Translations under genes and position numbers: made by a program | The notes under the pieces: generated by a model | The model's database searches: none | Seen by the model: the letters and a program-made list of their open reading frames with translations, nothing else | What the model was told of the DNA's origin: nothing | Source of the DNA: Planctomycetota bacterium | Lineage (GTDB): Bacteria > Planctomycetota > UBA1135 > UBA2386 | Direction of reading: 5' to 3' | Assembly: GCA_046290465.1 (NCBI GenBank) | Contig: JBKAGP010000001.1 | Coordinates: forward strand, 896,001 to 960,000 | Length of the DNA: 64,000 bases | Shown here: positions 18,109 to 27,974 of the stretch, one piece after another | Position numbering within the stretch: the first letter of the stretch is position 1 | Layout of the letters: the number at the start of each line of letters is the position of its first letter

Positions 18109-18678
18109 ATGCCCGAACACCCGCTGACCGCCATCCTGCAGGCCGCCGCCGACGGCGACCCCGGGGCGGCCGAACGGCTGGTGCCGGCGGTCTACGACCA
18201 GCTGCGCGCGATGGCGCGCCGCCAACTGCACGGCGACGCGGCGACGCTCGACCCGACCGCTCTGGTGCACGAGGCCTGGCTGCGACTGGGCCCAGCCGAC
18301 GCCGCGGGCTGGCGGCATCGCGGCCACTTCTTCGGCGCGGCGGCGCAGGCGATGCGGCGCATCCTGGTCGACGCGGCGCGGGCGCGCCTGCGCCACAAGC
18401 GCCGCGCACCCGACCGGCCGCGCACGTCGCTGCGCGCGGCGGACGCGATCCCCGCCGGCGACCACGACCCCGCCGAGCTGCTCGACGTCGACGCCGCGCT
18501 GCAGCGCCTCGAACGCGAACGTCCGCGCGAGGCGCGGATCGTGTCCCTGCGCTACTTCGGCGGGCTGTCCAACGACGAGGTCGCCGCCGCGCTCGAGGTC
18601 TCGGTCGGCACCGTCGAACGCGACTGGCGGTTGGCGCGCGCCCGGCTGCAGCGCTGGCTCGACCAACCGGCCGGCTGA
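18109..18678 (+). CDS. ECF-type RNA polymerase sigma factor (TIGR02999/ECF43-like)
   Basis: VYDQLRAMA, TLDPTALVHEAWLRL, HFFGAAAQAMRRILVD, LRYFGGL, TVERDWRLARA; divergent from a Ser/Thr kinase. Confidence 0.9.
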   Translation: MPEHPLTAILQAAADGDPGAAERLVPAVYDQLRAMARRQLHGDAATLDPTALVHEAWLRLGPADAAGWRHRGHFFGAAAQAMRRILVDAARARLRHKRRAPDRPRTSLRAADAIPAGDHDPAELLDVDAALQRLERERPREARIVSLRYFGGLSNDEVAAALEVSVGTVERDWRLARARLQRWLDQPAG

Positions 18679-18711
18679 TTGCGCTCGCACCGGACGTTCC
18701 GCCGTGACAAC

Positions 18712-20226
18712 ATGCTGCGCATGCGTCCCCTGCGCCTCGCCCTCGCGGCCTCCGAGCTGACTCCGTTCGCCAAGACCGGCGGCCTCGCCGACGTGCTGCT
18801 GGGACTCGGCCGCTGGCTCGGCAAGCCAGTCGACCGGAGCGACGGCGCCGACCCCGAACACGGCCCCGGCCACGACGTGCGCCTGTTCGTGCCGTACTAC
18901 AAGCGCATCGCCGACAGCGGCGTCGACGTCACCGACCTGCCGCGCGCGCAGAAGATCGACGTGCGGTTCCCGCAGCGCACGATCCGCTTCGGCATCAAGC
19001 AGGGCAAGCTGCCGCAGTCGGACGTGTCGGTCTACTTCGTCGACTGCCCGGAGCTGTACTTCCGCGACGGCATCTACACCGAGGACGGCGACGAGGCGCT
19101 GCGCTTCGCGATGCTGAGCCGGGCGGTGCTGGAGACCTGCCAGCGGCTGCAGTGGGCGCCCGACGTGATCCACTGCAACGACTGGCACACCGGCCTGCTG
19201 CCGCTGTACCTGCGCACGGTCTACACGTGGGACCAGCTGTTCGCGCAGACCAAGACGCTGCTGACGATCCACAACATCGGCTACCAGGGCTTCTACGACG
19301 AGAGCCAGCTCGACACGCTGGGCCTCGGCGAGCAGCGCGCGCACGTGCACCACGGCGACCTGAAGGACAAGAAGTTCTCGTTCCTCAAGACCGGCGTGCT
19401 GCACGCGACCCGCCTGTCGACGGTCTCGAAGACGTACGCCAGGGAGATCCAGACCGACGAGTTCGGCATGGGCATGCAGGAGCTGCTGAAGACCCGCAGC
19501 GCCGATCTGGTCGGCATCGTCAACGGCGTCGACTACGGCGAGTGGAACCCGAGCGACGACCCCAAGATCCCGCACCACTACTCGGTCGACGACATGGCCG
19601 GCAAGGCCAGGATGAAGGCCGCGCTGTGCAACCGCTTCCAGCTGCCGTACGACGCGCGCGCCCCGGTGTTCGGGGTGGTCTCGCGGCTGACCAGCCAAAA
19701 GGGCTTCGAGCTGTTCTCCGACTCGATCCCGATCTACCTGCAGCGCGAGGACATGCGCCTGTGCGTGCTCGGCTCGGGCGAGAGCAAGCACGAACAGTAC
19801 TTCCAGTGGCTGCGCGACACCTGGCCCGAGAAGGTCGGCATCTACCGTGGCTTCCAGGAGGAGCTGGCGCACTGGATCGAGGCCGGCAGCGACGTGTTCC
19901 TGATGCCGAGCCGGTTCGAGCCGTGCGGGCTCAACCAGATGTACTCGCTGCGCTACGGCACCCCGCCGATCGTGCGCCACACCGGCGGCCTCGCCGACAC
20001 CGTGCAGGCGTGGGATCCGGGCACGCGCACCGGCACCGGCTTCCCGTTCCACGAGTTCTCGAGCGCGGCGCTGTCCGGCACCATCGACTGGGTGCTGCGC
20101 AACTGGCGCGACCGCGACGGCTGGAAGCAGCTGGTCGAGAACGGCATGAACCAGGACTTCTCGTGGGACCGCCAGGGTCCCGAGTACGTCAAGCTCTACC
20201 GCTCGCTGCTGCCGAACCGCCCGTAG
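18712..20226 (+). CDS. glgA: Glycogen synthase (GT5)
   Basis: PFAKTGGLADV, HCNDWHT, TIHNIGYQG, GIVNGVD, SRLTSQKG, MPSRFEPCGLNQMYSLRYGT, TGGLADTV, DFSW. Start may instead be 18721. Confidence 0.93.
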   Translation: MLRMRPLRLALAASELTPFAKTGGLADVLLGLGRWLGKPVDRSDGADPEHGPGHDVRLFVPYYKRIADSGVDVTDLPRAQKIDVRFPQRTIRFGIKQGKLPQSDVSVYFVDCPELYFRDGIYTEDGDEALRFAMLSRAVLETCQRLQWAPDVIHCNDWHTGLLPLYLRTVYTWDQLFAQTKTLLTIHNIGYQGFYDESQLDTLGLGEQRAHVHHGDLKDKKFSFLKTGVLHATRLSTVSKTYAREIQTDEFGMGMQELLKTRSADLVGIVNGVDYGEWNPSDDPKIPHHYSVDDMAGKARMKAALCNRFQLPYDARAPVFGVVSRLTSQKGFELFSDSIPIYLQREDMRLCVLGSGESKHEQYFQWLRDTWPEKVGIYRGFQEELAHWIEAGSDVFLMPSRFEPCGLNQMYSLRYGTPPIVRHTGGLADTVQAWDPGTRTGTGFPFHEFSSAALSGTIDWVLRNWRDRDGWKQLVENGMNQDFSWDRQGPEYVKLYRSLLPNRP

Positions 20227-20236
20227 GCCACCACCC

Positions 20237-21472
20237 ATGCACGTCGTCTTCGTCGAACCCTGTTTCCCGGCCAACCAGCGCGAGTTCCTGCGCGGCCTGT
20301 TGAGCACCGGCGCCCGCGTCTCCGCGATCAGCGAACGTCCGGTCGAGGCACTGCCGGCCGAGCTGCGCGAAGGGCTGTTCCAGTTCGAGCGCGTGCGTTC
20401 GGTCGTCGACGAACGGGCGATGGCCGACGCCGTCAAGCGGCTGTCGGCGCGCGTCAAGGTCGACCGCCTCGAGGCGACCGTCGAGGCCCACGTGATGGCC
20501 GCAGCGCACGTGCGCGAGCACCTCGGCATCCCCGGCACGACGTCGAAGACCGCCTGGCTGTGCCGCGACAAGCCGGCGATGAAGGACGCGGTGCGCGCCG
20601 CCGGCATCGCCTGCGCGGCGTCGGCGCGCGTGACCTCGGTCGACGACGCGGTGGCGTTCGCCAACGAGACCGGCTACCCGCTGATCCTGAAGCCGCTGGA
20701 CGCAGCCGGGGCGTCGGGCACCCACCGCGTCGACGACGACGAGCAGCTGCACGCGGTGCTCGACGAGCTGCGCGTCGCCGCCGGCCGCGAGGTCGCGATC
20801 GAGGAGTTCCTGACCGGCCACGAGGGCTTCTACGACACCCTGGCGGTCTGCGGCAAGGTCGTGCTCGACTTCGCCTGCCACTACTACCCGAACGTGCTCG
20901 AGGCGATGCGCACGCGCTGGATCTCGCCGCAGATCGTGGTCACCAACCGCATCGACCACGACAGCTACGGCGAGGTGCGCCGGATGGGCCAGCAGGTCAT
21001 CGACGCGCTCGGCATCTGGACGTCCCCGACCCACATGGAGTGGTTCGCCGGCACCGGCGCCGACGGCAGCGGCGGCCTGAAGTTCTCCGAGATCGGCTGC
21101 CGCCCGCCCGGCGTCGGCGTCTGGGACCTCTACTGCGCCGCCAACGAGTTCGACCTGTTCGCCGCCTGGGCGCACGCGATCGTGCACGAGAGCGTGCCGT
21201 TCCGCGCCTCGCGCAAGTACGCCGCCGGCATGATCGCGCTGCGCCCCGACCAGGACGGCACCATCACCCACTACGACGGCATCGAGCAGATGCAGCAGGA
21301 GTTCGGCGACTGCATCATCGACCACCACTTCCCGCCGCAGGGCAGCCCAACCCAGAGCGTCGAGGGCGGCTACATGGCCAACGCCTGGGTCCGCCTCAAG
21401 CACCCCGACTACGACCACCTGCGCAGCATGATGAACCGCATCGGCGAACTCGTCCAACTCCACGCCCGCTGA
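20237..21472 (+). CDS. ATP-grasp domain protein (third paralog), 10 nt downstream of glgA
   Basis: RDKPAMK, GYPLILKPLDAAGA, EEFLTG, THMEWF, EIGCRPPG, LKHPD. Confidence 0.85.
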   Translation: MHVVFVEPCFPANQREFLRGLLSTGARVSAISERPVEALPAELREGLFQFERVRSVVDERAMADAVKRLSARVKVDRLEATVEAHVMAAAHVREHLGIPGTTSKTAWLCRDKPAMKDAVRAAGIACAASARVTSVDDAVAFANETGYPLILKPLDAAGASGTHRVDDDEQLHAVLDELRVAAGREVAIEEFLTGHEGFYDTLAVCGKVVLDFACHYYPNVLEAMRTRWISPQIVVTNRIDHDSYGEVRRMGQQVIDALGIWTSPTHMEWFAGTGADGSGGLKFSEIGCRPPGVGVWDLYCAANEFDLFAAWAHAIVHESVPFRASRKYAAGMIALRPDQDGTITHYDGIEQMQQEFGDCIIDHHFPPQGSPTQSVEGGYMANAWVRLKHPDYDHLRSMMNRIGELVQLHAR

Positions 21473-21559
21473 CACCGCATACCGAACCGGGTTCATCCTG
21501 CGCCACTTGCTCCGCCGACGCCGCGCGCACGCGAGGCAGACCCCGTCACCGAACGAAGA

Positions 21560-22294
21560 TCACGCGTCGGTCGGGAACCGGAAGCACTTCACCGTGATCC
21601 CGGTCGCCCGCATCGCCACCGCGCCGACGAACTCCGGCCCCGGCGAGACGTCCAGCATCGACCACTGCTGCGGGTCCTCGCGGCCGTCGTGGCAGGCCAG
21701 GAACTTCGGCTCCTCGCACAGGCTGACGTCGAACGAGTCGAGCGCCATCGACAGGCCTTCGCCGAGCGCCTTGATGTAGGCCTCCTTGCGGGTCCAGCAG
21801 CGGTAGAACGCCAGCTCGCGGTCGCCTTCGTGCAGGCGCTCGAGCGCGCCGAACTCGGTGTCCGAGAAGTGCCGCTGCGCGATCTGGGTCAGGCTCTCGA
21901 GGTGCCGCACCTTCTCCACGTCCAGGCCGAGCTCGGTGGCGGCGACCCCGATCAACGCCAGCTTGCCTGAGTGCGACAGGTTGAAGAACAGTCCGTCGCC
22001 GTCGAGGTAGGGCTTGCCGCGCGGACCCTGCCGGAACGCGATCTCGCGCGGATCGCGGTCGAGGTAGCCGCCGAGGATGCGCCGCAGCGCGCCGTGGCCG
22101 ATCTGGTAGCGACGCTGGTGGTCGGCGAAGCGGAACCGACGCAGCCGTTCGTGTTCGGACGACGACAAGAGCTCGCCGAACGGCGCCGGGTCGCCGTGCA
22201 GCGGCACCGCCCAGACGTGCACCTCCGTGGCGCCGAGAGGGGGCGAACCGGGGTCGGTCGGGGCGAACGTCGGGTGCAGCGCGTTGTCGTCCAT
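21560..22294 (-). CDS. Sfp/HetI-type 4'-phosphopantetheinyl transferase
   Basis: GKPYL, FNLSHSG, LGLDVE, FYRCWTRKEAYIKALGEGL. Confidence 0.92.
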   Translation of the reverse strand: MDDNALHPTFAPTDPGSPPLGATEVHVWAVPLHGDPAPFGELLSSSEHERLRRFRFADHQRRYQIGHGALRRILGGYLDRDPREIAFRQGPRGKPYLDGDGLFFNLSHSGKLALIGVAATELGLDVEKVRHLESLTQIAQRHFSDTEFGALERLHEGDRELAFYRCWTRKEAYIKALGEGLSMALDSFDVSLCEEPKFLACHDGREDPQQWSMLDVSPGPEFVGAVAMRATGITVKCFRFPTDA

Positions 22295-22339
22295 GCGGAG
22301 AGGTCCGACAGCCTACCCCGCGACCCGCGCAAAGGCACG

Positions 22340-24235
22340 TCAGCGGGCCTGCATCGAGAACGGCGGCGCCGGCAGGCCGTGCTCGTCGGCGAGCGTCCAC
22401 TTCGGCGCCTGGCTCCACGCGTAGCGCACCCGCACCGGCTCCGGCACGTCGGCGCTGCGCAGCACCACCGTACGCCCTTCGACCGACGCCTCGGCGCGGT
22501 ACCACGGTCCCTTCTGGGCCGCGATCCAGAAGCCGTCGCCGCCGTGCCGCAACTGCAGTTCGCCCTGCTCGTCGAACGTCACCCGCAGCGTGTCGTCAAG
22601 CCGCCGCGCCGACCGCGCCACCGGCCCCATCGCGTCGACCGCTTCGCCGTAGTGCTGCGCCAGCGCGTGGCGCGCCAGCCGTTCGCCGACCGGCGCCTTG
22701 TTGCGCGGATGGATGTCGCGCGGGTCACCGCAGTCGAGCGTCACCGCCATGCCGGTACCCGGCAGCTGCAGCGCTGCGGCCTGCGCCGCGCGCAGACGCG
22801 CCGTCAGAGCGCCGCCGTCCTTGCCGTATTCGAACGGCGCGATCTGCACGAAGTAGAACGGCAGGCTGGCGCCGATCGCACGCCGCCAGTCCCGGATCAT
22901 CGCCGGGAACAGCCGCGAATACTGCTCGGGGTTGCTGCGGTTGGACTCGCCCTGGTACCAGATCGCACCGGTGAACGCGAACGGCAGCAGCGGCTGCACC
23001 ATGCCGTTCCACAGCACCGCCGGGCGGTTGGGACCGCCGTTGCTGCGCGGCCACTTCGGCAGCGACGACAGGCTGGCACGGCGCGCGCGCTGCCAGCTCC
23101 CGGCCAGCGGCACCGCCCGCTCCGGCGCGTCCTTGCGCGACAGCTTCATCTGCTCGGGCCTGCCGGTGAAGCCGCCCTCCCCGCCGGTGTCGATCACGCA
23201 GACGCGCAGCGAGACCGCGCCGGTGGTGTTGGCCTCGGCCGGCACGACGTAGCGACGCGGCACGTTCCAGACGCCGTCGCGACGGCTGCCGGCGACGGCC
23301 TTGCCGTTCCAGAAGACGACGTCCATGTCGTCGATCGCGCCAAGTTCGAGCACCAGCTCGACGCCGACGAGGTCGTCGGGCAGCTGCAGCTCGCGCAGGT
23401 AGTCGACCGCGCCGTCGAAGCCGTCGAGCCCGGCCTGCGACCAGCGCTCCGGCAGCGTCACCTCGGTCGTGTGCAGCGGCTGGAATGCCTCCTCGAGCTG
23501 CTCGAAGAACAGCTCCCGCCGCGCGGCCACCAGCTTCTTGGCGGTGCCCTTGCTCTGCGCAATCAGCTGGTCGGCGAACTCCGGAAAGCGTGCGAGTCCC
23601 GGCGCGCTGGTCCACGCCTGGCAGACGGTGCCGCCCCACGAGCTGTCGACGATGCCGATCGGCCCCTTGCCGCGCCGCAGCAGTTCGCGCGCGAAGTAGA
23701 AGCCGACCGCGGTGAACTTCGGCGCGGTCGCGGGCGTGCAGACCACCCACTCGCCACGCACGTCCTTCGCGGGCGTGTCGCCGGTGGCGCGCTCGACGGT
23801 GAACACGCGCAGCTCCGGCAGCTTTGCCGCGGCCGCGTCCTGCTCGGCGCCGTCGCAGCTCTCGAGCTTCCACTCCATGTTGGACTGCCCCGACGCCAGC
23901 CAGACGTCCCCGAACAGCACGTCGTCGATCTGCTGCCGCTCGTCGCCCGAGGTCAGCGTCAACCAACCCGACTCGCCGCGCGCCGGCGTCCTCAGCTCGA
24001 GGCTCCAGCGGCCCGAGCGGGCGACGCGCGTGCGCACCGCGTCGCCCCACGACGGCTCGACCACGACCTCGCGGCCGGGCGTGCCGAAGCCGTGCACCGG
24101 CACGGCCTGGGCGGCCGGCAGCACCATGTGGTCGCCGAAGATGGCCGCCGCCGCGAACGGCGCCTGCTGCGCCGCGAGGGCGCCGGTCAGGATCGGGAGG
24201 ATGGCGAACGAGACCGACGGAAGGAAGCGCAGCAC
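22340..24235 (-). CDS. Sialate O-acetylesterase (SASA domain with inserted beta-sandwich), secreted
   Basis: FGDHMVL, GDVWLASGQSNME, WGGT, IWYQGESN, LPFYFVQIA, DIHPRNK, VRYAW, GLPAPPF. Confidence 0.88.
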   Translation of the reverse strand: MLRFLPSVSFAILPILTGALAAQQAPFAAAAIFGDHMVLPAAQAVPVHGFGTPGREVVVEPSWGDAVRTRVARSGRWSLELRTPARGESGWLTLTSGDERQQIDDVLFGDVWLASGQSNMEWKLESCDGAEQDAAAAKLPELRVFTVERATGDTPAKDVRGEWVVCTPATAPKFTAVGFYFARELLRRGKGPIGIVDSSWGGTVCQAWTSAPGLARFPEFADQLIAQSKGTAKKLVAARRELFFEQLEEAFQPLHTTEVTLPERWSQAGLDGFDGAVDYLRELQLPDDLVGVELVLELGAIDDMDVVFWNGKAVAGSRRDGVWNVPRRYVVPAEANTTGAVSLRVCVIDTGGEGGFTGRPEQMKLSRKDAPERAVPLAGSWQRARRASLSSLPKWPRSNGGPNRPAVLWNGMVQPLLPFAFTGAIWYQGESNRSNPEQYSRLFPAMIRDWRRAIGASLPFYFVQIAPFEYGKDGGALTARLRAAQAAALQLPGTGMAVTLDCGDPRDIHPRNKAPVGERLARHALAQHYGEAVDAMGPVARSARRLDDTLRVTFDEQGELQLRHGGDGFWIAAQKGPWYRAEASVEGRTVVLRSADVPEPVRVRYAWSQAPKWTLADEHGLPAPPFSMQAR

Positions 24236-24279
24236 GATGCTCGGACTCTACCCGCAGCCCGATCTTCCCGGCGACCCCG

Positions 24280-25293
24280 TCACGGCAGCAGCCGGCCGAC
24301 GCGGCCGTTCGCGCCGCAGGCCCAGACCGCGCCGTCGGGCGCGCGCGCGACGCTGTGGAACGGCGTCTCGCCGAACCCGGCGAACGTGCGGCCGCCGTCG
24401 CGCGACCAGCTGGCGCCGTGCGAACCGACCGCCAGCACGTCCTGCGAGGAGATCCACGCGACCCCCGAGCGGTAGCCGAGCGCGTCCGAGGCCTGCCAGG
24501 TGCGGCCACCGTCGTCGCTGGTCGCCGCAGTGCCGTCGGCGACCTCGGGCCTGGTGTAGTCACCGCCGACGACGACGCCGCGCGCGCCGTTCCACGCCAC
24601 CGAGAACGCGCCGCGCGCCGGCGCGCCATGCTGCAGCGGCAGGCCGACGCTCTGGTGGCGCACGCCCGGATCGAACCAGATGTGCCGGCACGGACCACCG
24701 CCGGTCACCAGCGAAAAGTTCCGGGGACCGACGACCAGGCACGTGCCGCTGGCCGCGAACGCCGCCTCGCCGTCGCCGGGCGCCGGCAGCGCCGGGTCGG
24801 GCACGTCGCGCCAGCTGCGGCCGGCGTCGAACGACTCGAGCAGGCACAGCCGGCCGTCGATCGCATCGCCGAACACCACGCCGTGCTCGCCGTCGAACGC
24901 GACCGCGTCGAAGAACGCCGGCTGGCGCGGATCCTCGTGCACCAGCCGCCAGGAGACGCCCCCGTCGACGGTGCGGTAGAGGCGCGCCGGCTGGCCGGCG
25001 ACCATCGCCACGACCACGTCCGCGGTGATCGCCTCGACGTCGCGGAAGTCGCAGCCGACGGATCCCGGCGGCGCGACGTCCAGCCAGGTCCGGCCGCCGT
25101 CGACCGTCTTGCGCAACGTGCCGTTGGCGCCGCCGACGTAGCAGATCCGTTCGCTGACCGCGGCGAGCCCGCGCAGGCTCTGCTCGGCACCGCACGACGA
25201 GAGCTGCCACGACGCCGTGTCGAACGACGGCGCCGCCTGGCAGGCGACCAACAGCAGCGAGACGGCGAGCGACGCGGAGCGCGAGCGGGTCAT
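24280..25293 (-). CDS. BNR/Asp-box repeat beta-propeller lipoprotein (Ycf48-like)
   Basis: Repeated T/S-x-D-G-G-x-T/S-W boxes, DFRD, GEAAFAASGT; lipobox LVAC. Confidence 0.8.
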   Translation of the reverse strand: MTRSRSASLAVSLLLVACQAAPSFDTASWQLSSCGAEQSLRGLAAVSERICYVGGANGTLRKTVDGGRTWLDVAPPGSVGCDFRDVEAITADVVVAMVAGQPARLYRTVDGGVSWRLVHEDPRQPAFFDAVAFDGEHGVVFGDAIDGRLCLLESFDAGRSWRDVPDPALPAPGDGEAAFAASGTCLVVGPRNFSLVTGGGPCRHIWFDPGVRHQSVGLPLQHGAPARGAFSVAWNGARGVVVGGDYTRPEVADGTAATSDDGGRTWQASDALGYRSGVAWISSQDVLAVGSHGASWSRDGGRTFAGFGETPFHSVARAPDGAVWACGANGRVGRLLP

Positions 25294-25310
25294 GCCGCCA
25301 TCGTGCCGCG

Positions 25311-27974
25311 TCAGCGGCGAGAGAACAGCTTGCGCATGCGCTCGCGCAGCTCGGGATCCTGGAGCCGCATCACCAGTTCGCCGAACTCGCCCCACAGCTC
25401 CCAGTCCACGCCGTCCATGCCCTGGCCGGGGCGCGTCCGGTCCGGGCGGCGACGGCTGCCGGGACCGGCAGCACCGCGCGGTCGTTGGCCGGGTTCGCCG
25501 GGCGGCGGCCCCTCGGCCTCGCCGTCCTGCTTACGCAGCGCGTAGTGCCGCTCGAACAGGTCCATCGCCAGCCGTGCCTGCTCCAGCGCCGCGTCGCGAT
25601 CGCCGTCCGCCAGCAGGAACTTGCCGAGCGTGCCGCGGCCGCCGAGCACCGCCAGGAAGAAGCGCGGGTCGCGCAGGTCGTCCTGCACCGCCCGCTCGCC
25701 GACGACCAGCGCCGCGCGGATGCGATCGTGCGCCAGCTGGGCGCGCGCGGCCCGCTCTTCGCCCTCCAGGCGCTGCGAGCTGCGGTAGAGTTCCCCGGCA
25801 TAGCGGGTGCGGACCCGCAGCAGCATCGAACGGTACTCGCGGAACAACGGCTGAGCGGCGACCAGCTGGGCGGCCATCTCGTCGGCGGCGGCCAGCTCCG
25901 ACAGCGACGCCCCGCGCCCGCGCCGCGCCATCACCGCCTGGCAGTATTCGAACCGGAACTCGAGCCGTTCGGGGTGTTCGGTCGCCAGCGAACGGAAGAT
26001 CGCGACGACCTCGTCCTCGACCACCCGGCCGTCCGGCCCGCGCGCGTCCTCGCGCAGGCAGCGCGCATGCAGCGCCCGCACCTCGGGGTCGTCGCCGTCC
26101 TCGTCGAGCAGCCGCCCGAGCATCGCCATCGCGGCGACGAACTCCATCGAGCCCCAGGGGCCCTCGCGGCGGCGGTAGCGGCGGTGCTTGCTGCGATAGA
26201 GTTCGAACAGCACGGTCGCGCGACGCAGCCGGATCGCCGGCGTATCGGCGGCCGGCAGCTCCTGCAGCAGCGCCAGCGCCCGCTGGAAGTGCTCGGTCGC
26301 CTCGCGCGTGCTGCGCCGCCGCGCCGACAGCAGGCCCAGGTCGATGTGGACCTCCGCCCGGTCGCGACGCACGTCGCGGTCGTCGATGTTCGCGAAGCCC
26401 TCCAGCGCCCGTTCGAACGATTCGCGCGCGACCTCGAGGCTCTTCGGTTCGCCGAGCTGCGCGTGGATCGCGCCGACGCGGCGGTTGGCGCGCGCCGTCT
26501 CGTAGCGCAGCGACTGGCTGGTCGCGTTCTCGTTGGCGAAGCGATCGTAGAACGCCAGCATCTCCTGCAGCAGCACGACGTCGCGCTGCGACACCGCCGA
26601 CTGCACCACCACGGTCTCCTCACCGGTGTCGGGATCCGCCTCGAAGTCGAGCACCGGATCGCGACCGACCAGCGCGTCGAACACGTCGCCGAATGCGTCC
26701 AGGCTCAGCCGCAGGTTGTTCTCGGCCCGCTGGCCCTCCTTCTGGGCCAGCTGCAGCGCGTCCTGCGCGACCCCGTAGAACGCCCAGCCGCTGACCGCCG
26801 CCCCGACGATCGCGACGGCCGCCGCCGCGATCGCCGCCGACATGCCGCGGTTGCGGCGACACCAGCGCAGCACCAGCGACAGCGTCGACGGCCGCCGCGC
26901 CATGATCGGCCGGTCCTCGAGAAACGCCTCGAGGTCCTGCTGCAGCGCCTGCGCGTCCTGGTAGCGGTCGCGCGGATCGCGCGCCATCGCCTTGCCGATG
27001 ATCACCGCGAGGTCCTGCGGCACGTCCGGACAGGTGCGCTCCAGCGCCTCGACGCGGTGTTCGCGCACCAGCTCCATCAGTTCGCTGCGATGCCGGCCCT
27101 GGAACGCCGGGTGCAGCGTCAGCAGTTCGTAGAGCGTGACGCCGAGCGCGTAGACCTCGCTGCGAACGTCGTAGCTGCCGGCGAACTGCTCGGGCGCCAT
27201 GTACTGCAGCGTGCCCAGCAGGTCGCCGGAGTTGGTCAGCCCTTCGCTCTCCAGCGCCTTGGCCAGGCCGAAGTCCGTGACCCACAGGTTGTCCTCGTGG
27301 TCGAGCAGGAAGTTGCCCGGCTTGATGTCGCGGTGCAGCGTGCCGAGCCCGTGCGCGCAGTGCAGCGCGCCGGCCGCGGCCGCGCCGATGCGCGCGACGA
27401 ACCGCGCCCGGCTGGCCCACTGCCCGCTGCCCTGCGGCGGCTGCGCGCTCTGGGTCTCGCGCCAGCGGTCCAGGCTCTGCCCCTGGATGAACTGCATCGC
27501 ATACCAGTGGTAGCCGTCGCTCTCGCCGCTGCCGTAGACCGGCACGATGTTGGTGTGGTGCAGCCGCGCGGCGATCTGCGCCTCGCGGCGGAAGCGCTCC
27601 AGCTGGTTGCCGGTCAGCAGCGATGCCTGCGGCATCACCTTCAGCGCGACTCGGCGGTCGAGCGACTCCTGCACCGCTTCGAACACCACGCCCATGCCGC
27701 CGCGGCCGAGCTCGCGGTCGATGCGGAAGTCGCCGAGCCGCTCGAGCTTCGGCAGCGACACGCGCTGCTGGCTGGAGCCCGACGAGGCCCGTTCGCGCTT
27801 GACGTCCTCCAGCGCCAGCAGCGTCGGCAGCAGGTCGAGCAGCTGCTGCTCGTGCTCTGGGTGCTGCTCCGCGAACGTCTCGGGCGTCACCGGCTCACCT
27901 GCGCGGTGCAGCTCCAGGAAACGCTCGATCAACAGATCGAGCGGGTCCCGTGCGGACGACGCGTCGGCGCTCAC
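25311..27974 (-). CDS. Ser/Thr protein kinase with TM segment and C-terminal TPR-like helical region
   Basis: LGRGGMGVV, VALK, HRDIKPGN, TDFG, GTLQYMAPEQ; GTG start overlaps the upstream sigma factor stop. Confidence 0.9.
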   Translation of the reverse strand: MSADASSARDPLDLLIERFLELHRAGEPVTPETFAEQHPEHEQQLLDLLPTLLALEDVKRERASSGSSQQRVSLPKLERLGDFRIDRELGRGGMGVVFEAVQESLDRRVALKVMPQASLLTGNQLERFRREAQIAARLHHTNIVPVYGSGESDGYHWYAMQFIQGQSLDRWRETQSAQPPQGSGQWASRARFVARIGAAAAGALHCAHGLGTLHRDIKPGNFLLDHEDNLWVTDFGLAKALESEGLTNSGDLLGTLQYMAPEQFAGSYDVRSEVYALGVTLYELLTLHPAFQGRHRSELMELVREHRVEALERTCPDVPQDLAVIIGKAMARDPRDRYQDAQALQQDLEAFLEDRPIMARRPSTLSLVLRWCRRNRGMSAAIAAAAVAIVGAAVSGWAFYGVAQDALQLAQKEGQRAENNLRLSLDAFGDVFDALVGRDPVLDFEADPDTGEETVVVQSAVSQRDVVLLQEMLAFYDRFANENATSQSLRYETARANRRVGAIHAQLGEPKSLEVARESFERALEGFANIDDRDVRRDRAEVHIDLGLLSARRRSTREATEHFQRALALLQELPAADTPAIRLRRATVLFELYRSKHRRYRRREGPWGSMEFVAAMAMLGRLLDEDGDDPEVRALHARCLREDARGPDGRVVEDEVVAIFRSLATEHPERLEFRFEYCQAVMARRGRGASLSELAAADEMAAQLVAAQPLFREYRSMLLRVRTRYAGELYRSSQRLEGEERAARAQLAHDRIRAALVVGERAVQDDLRDPRFFLAVLGGRGTLGKFLLADGDRDAALEQARLAMDLFERHYALRKQDGEAEGPPPGEPGQRPRGAAGPGSRRRPDRTRPGQGMDGVDWELWGEFGELVMRLQDPELRERMRKLFSRR

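Noticed and set aside
18820..18870. ~15-aa insertion in GlgA (KPVDRSDGADPEHGP) as an intein or mobile insert
   Set aside because: Too short, no splicing motifs; most likely a surface loop.
24280..25293. Ycf48-like protein as evidence for photosynthesis
   Set aside because: BNR-repeat propellers are widespread in non-phototrophs, and no photosystem genes are present.
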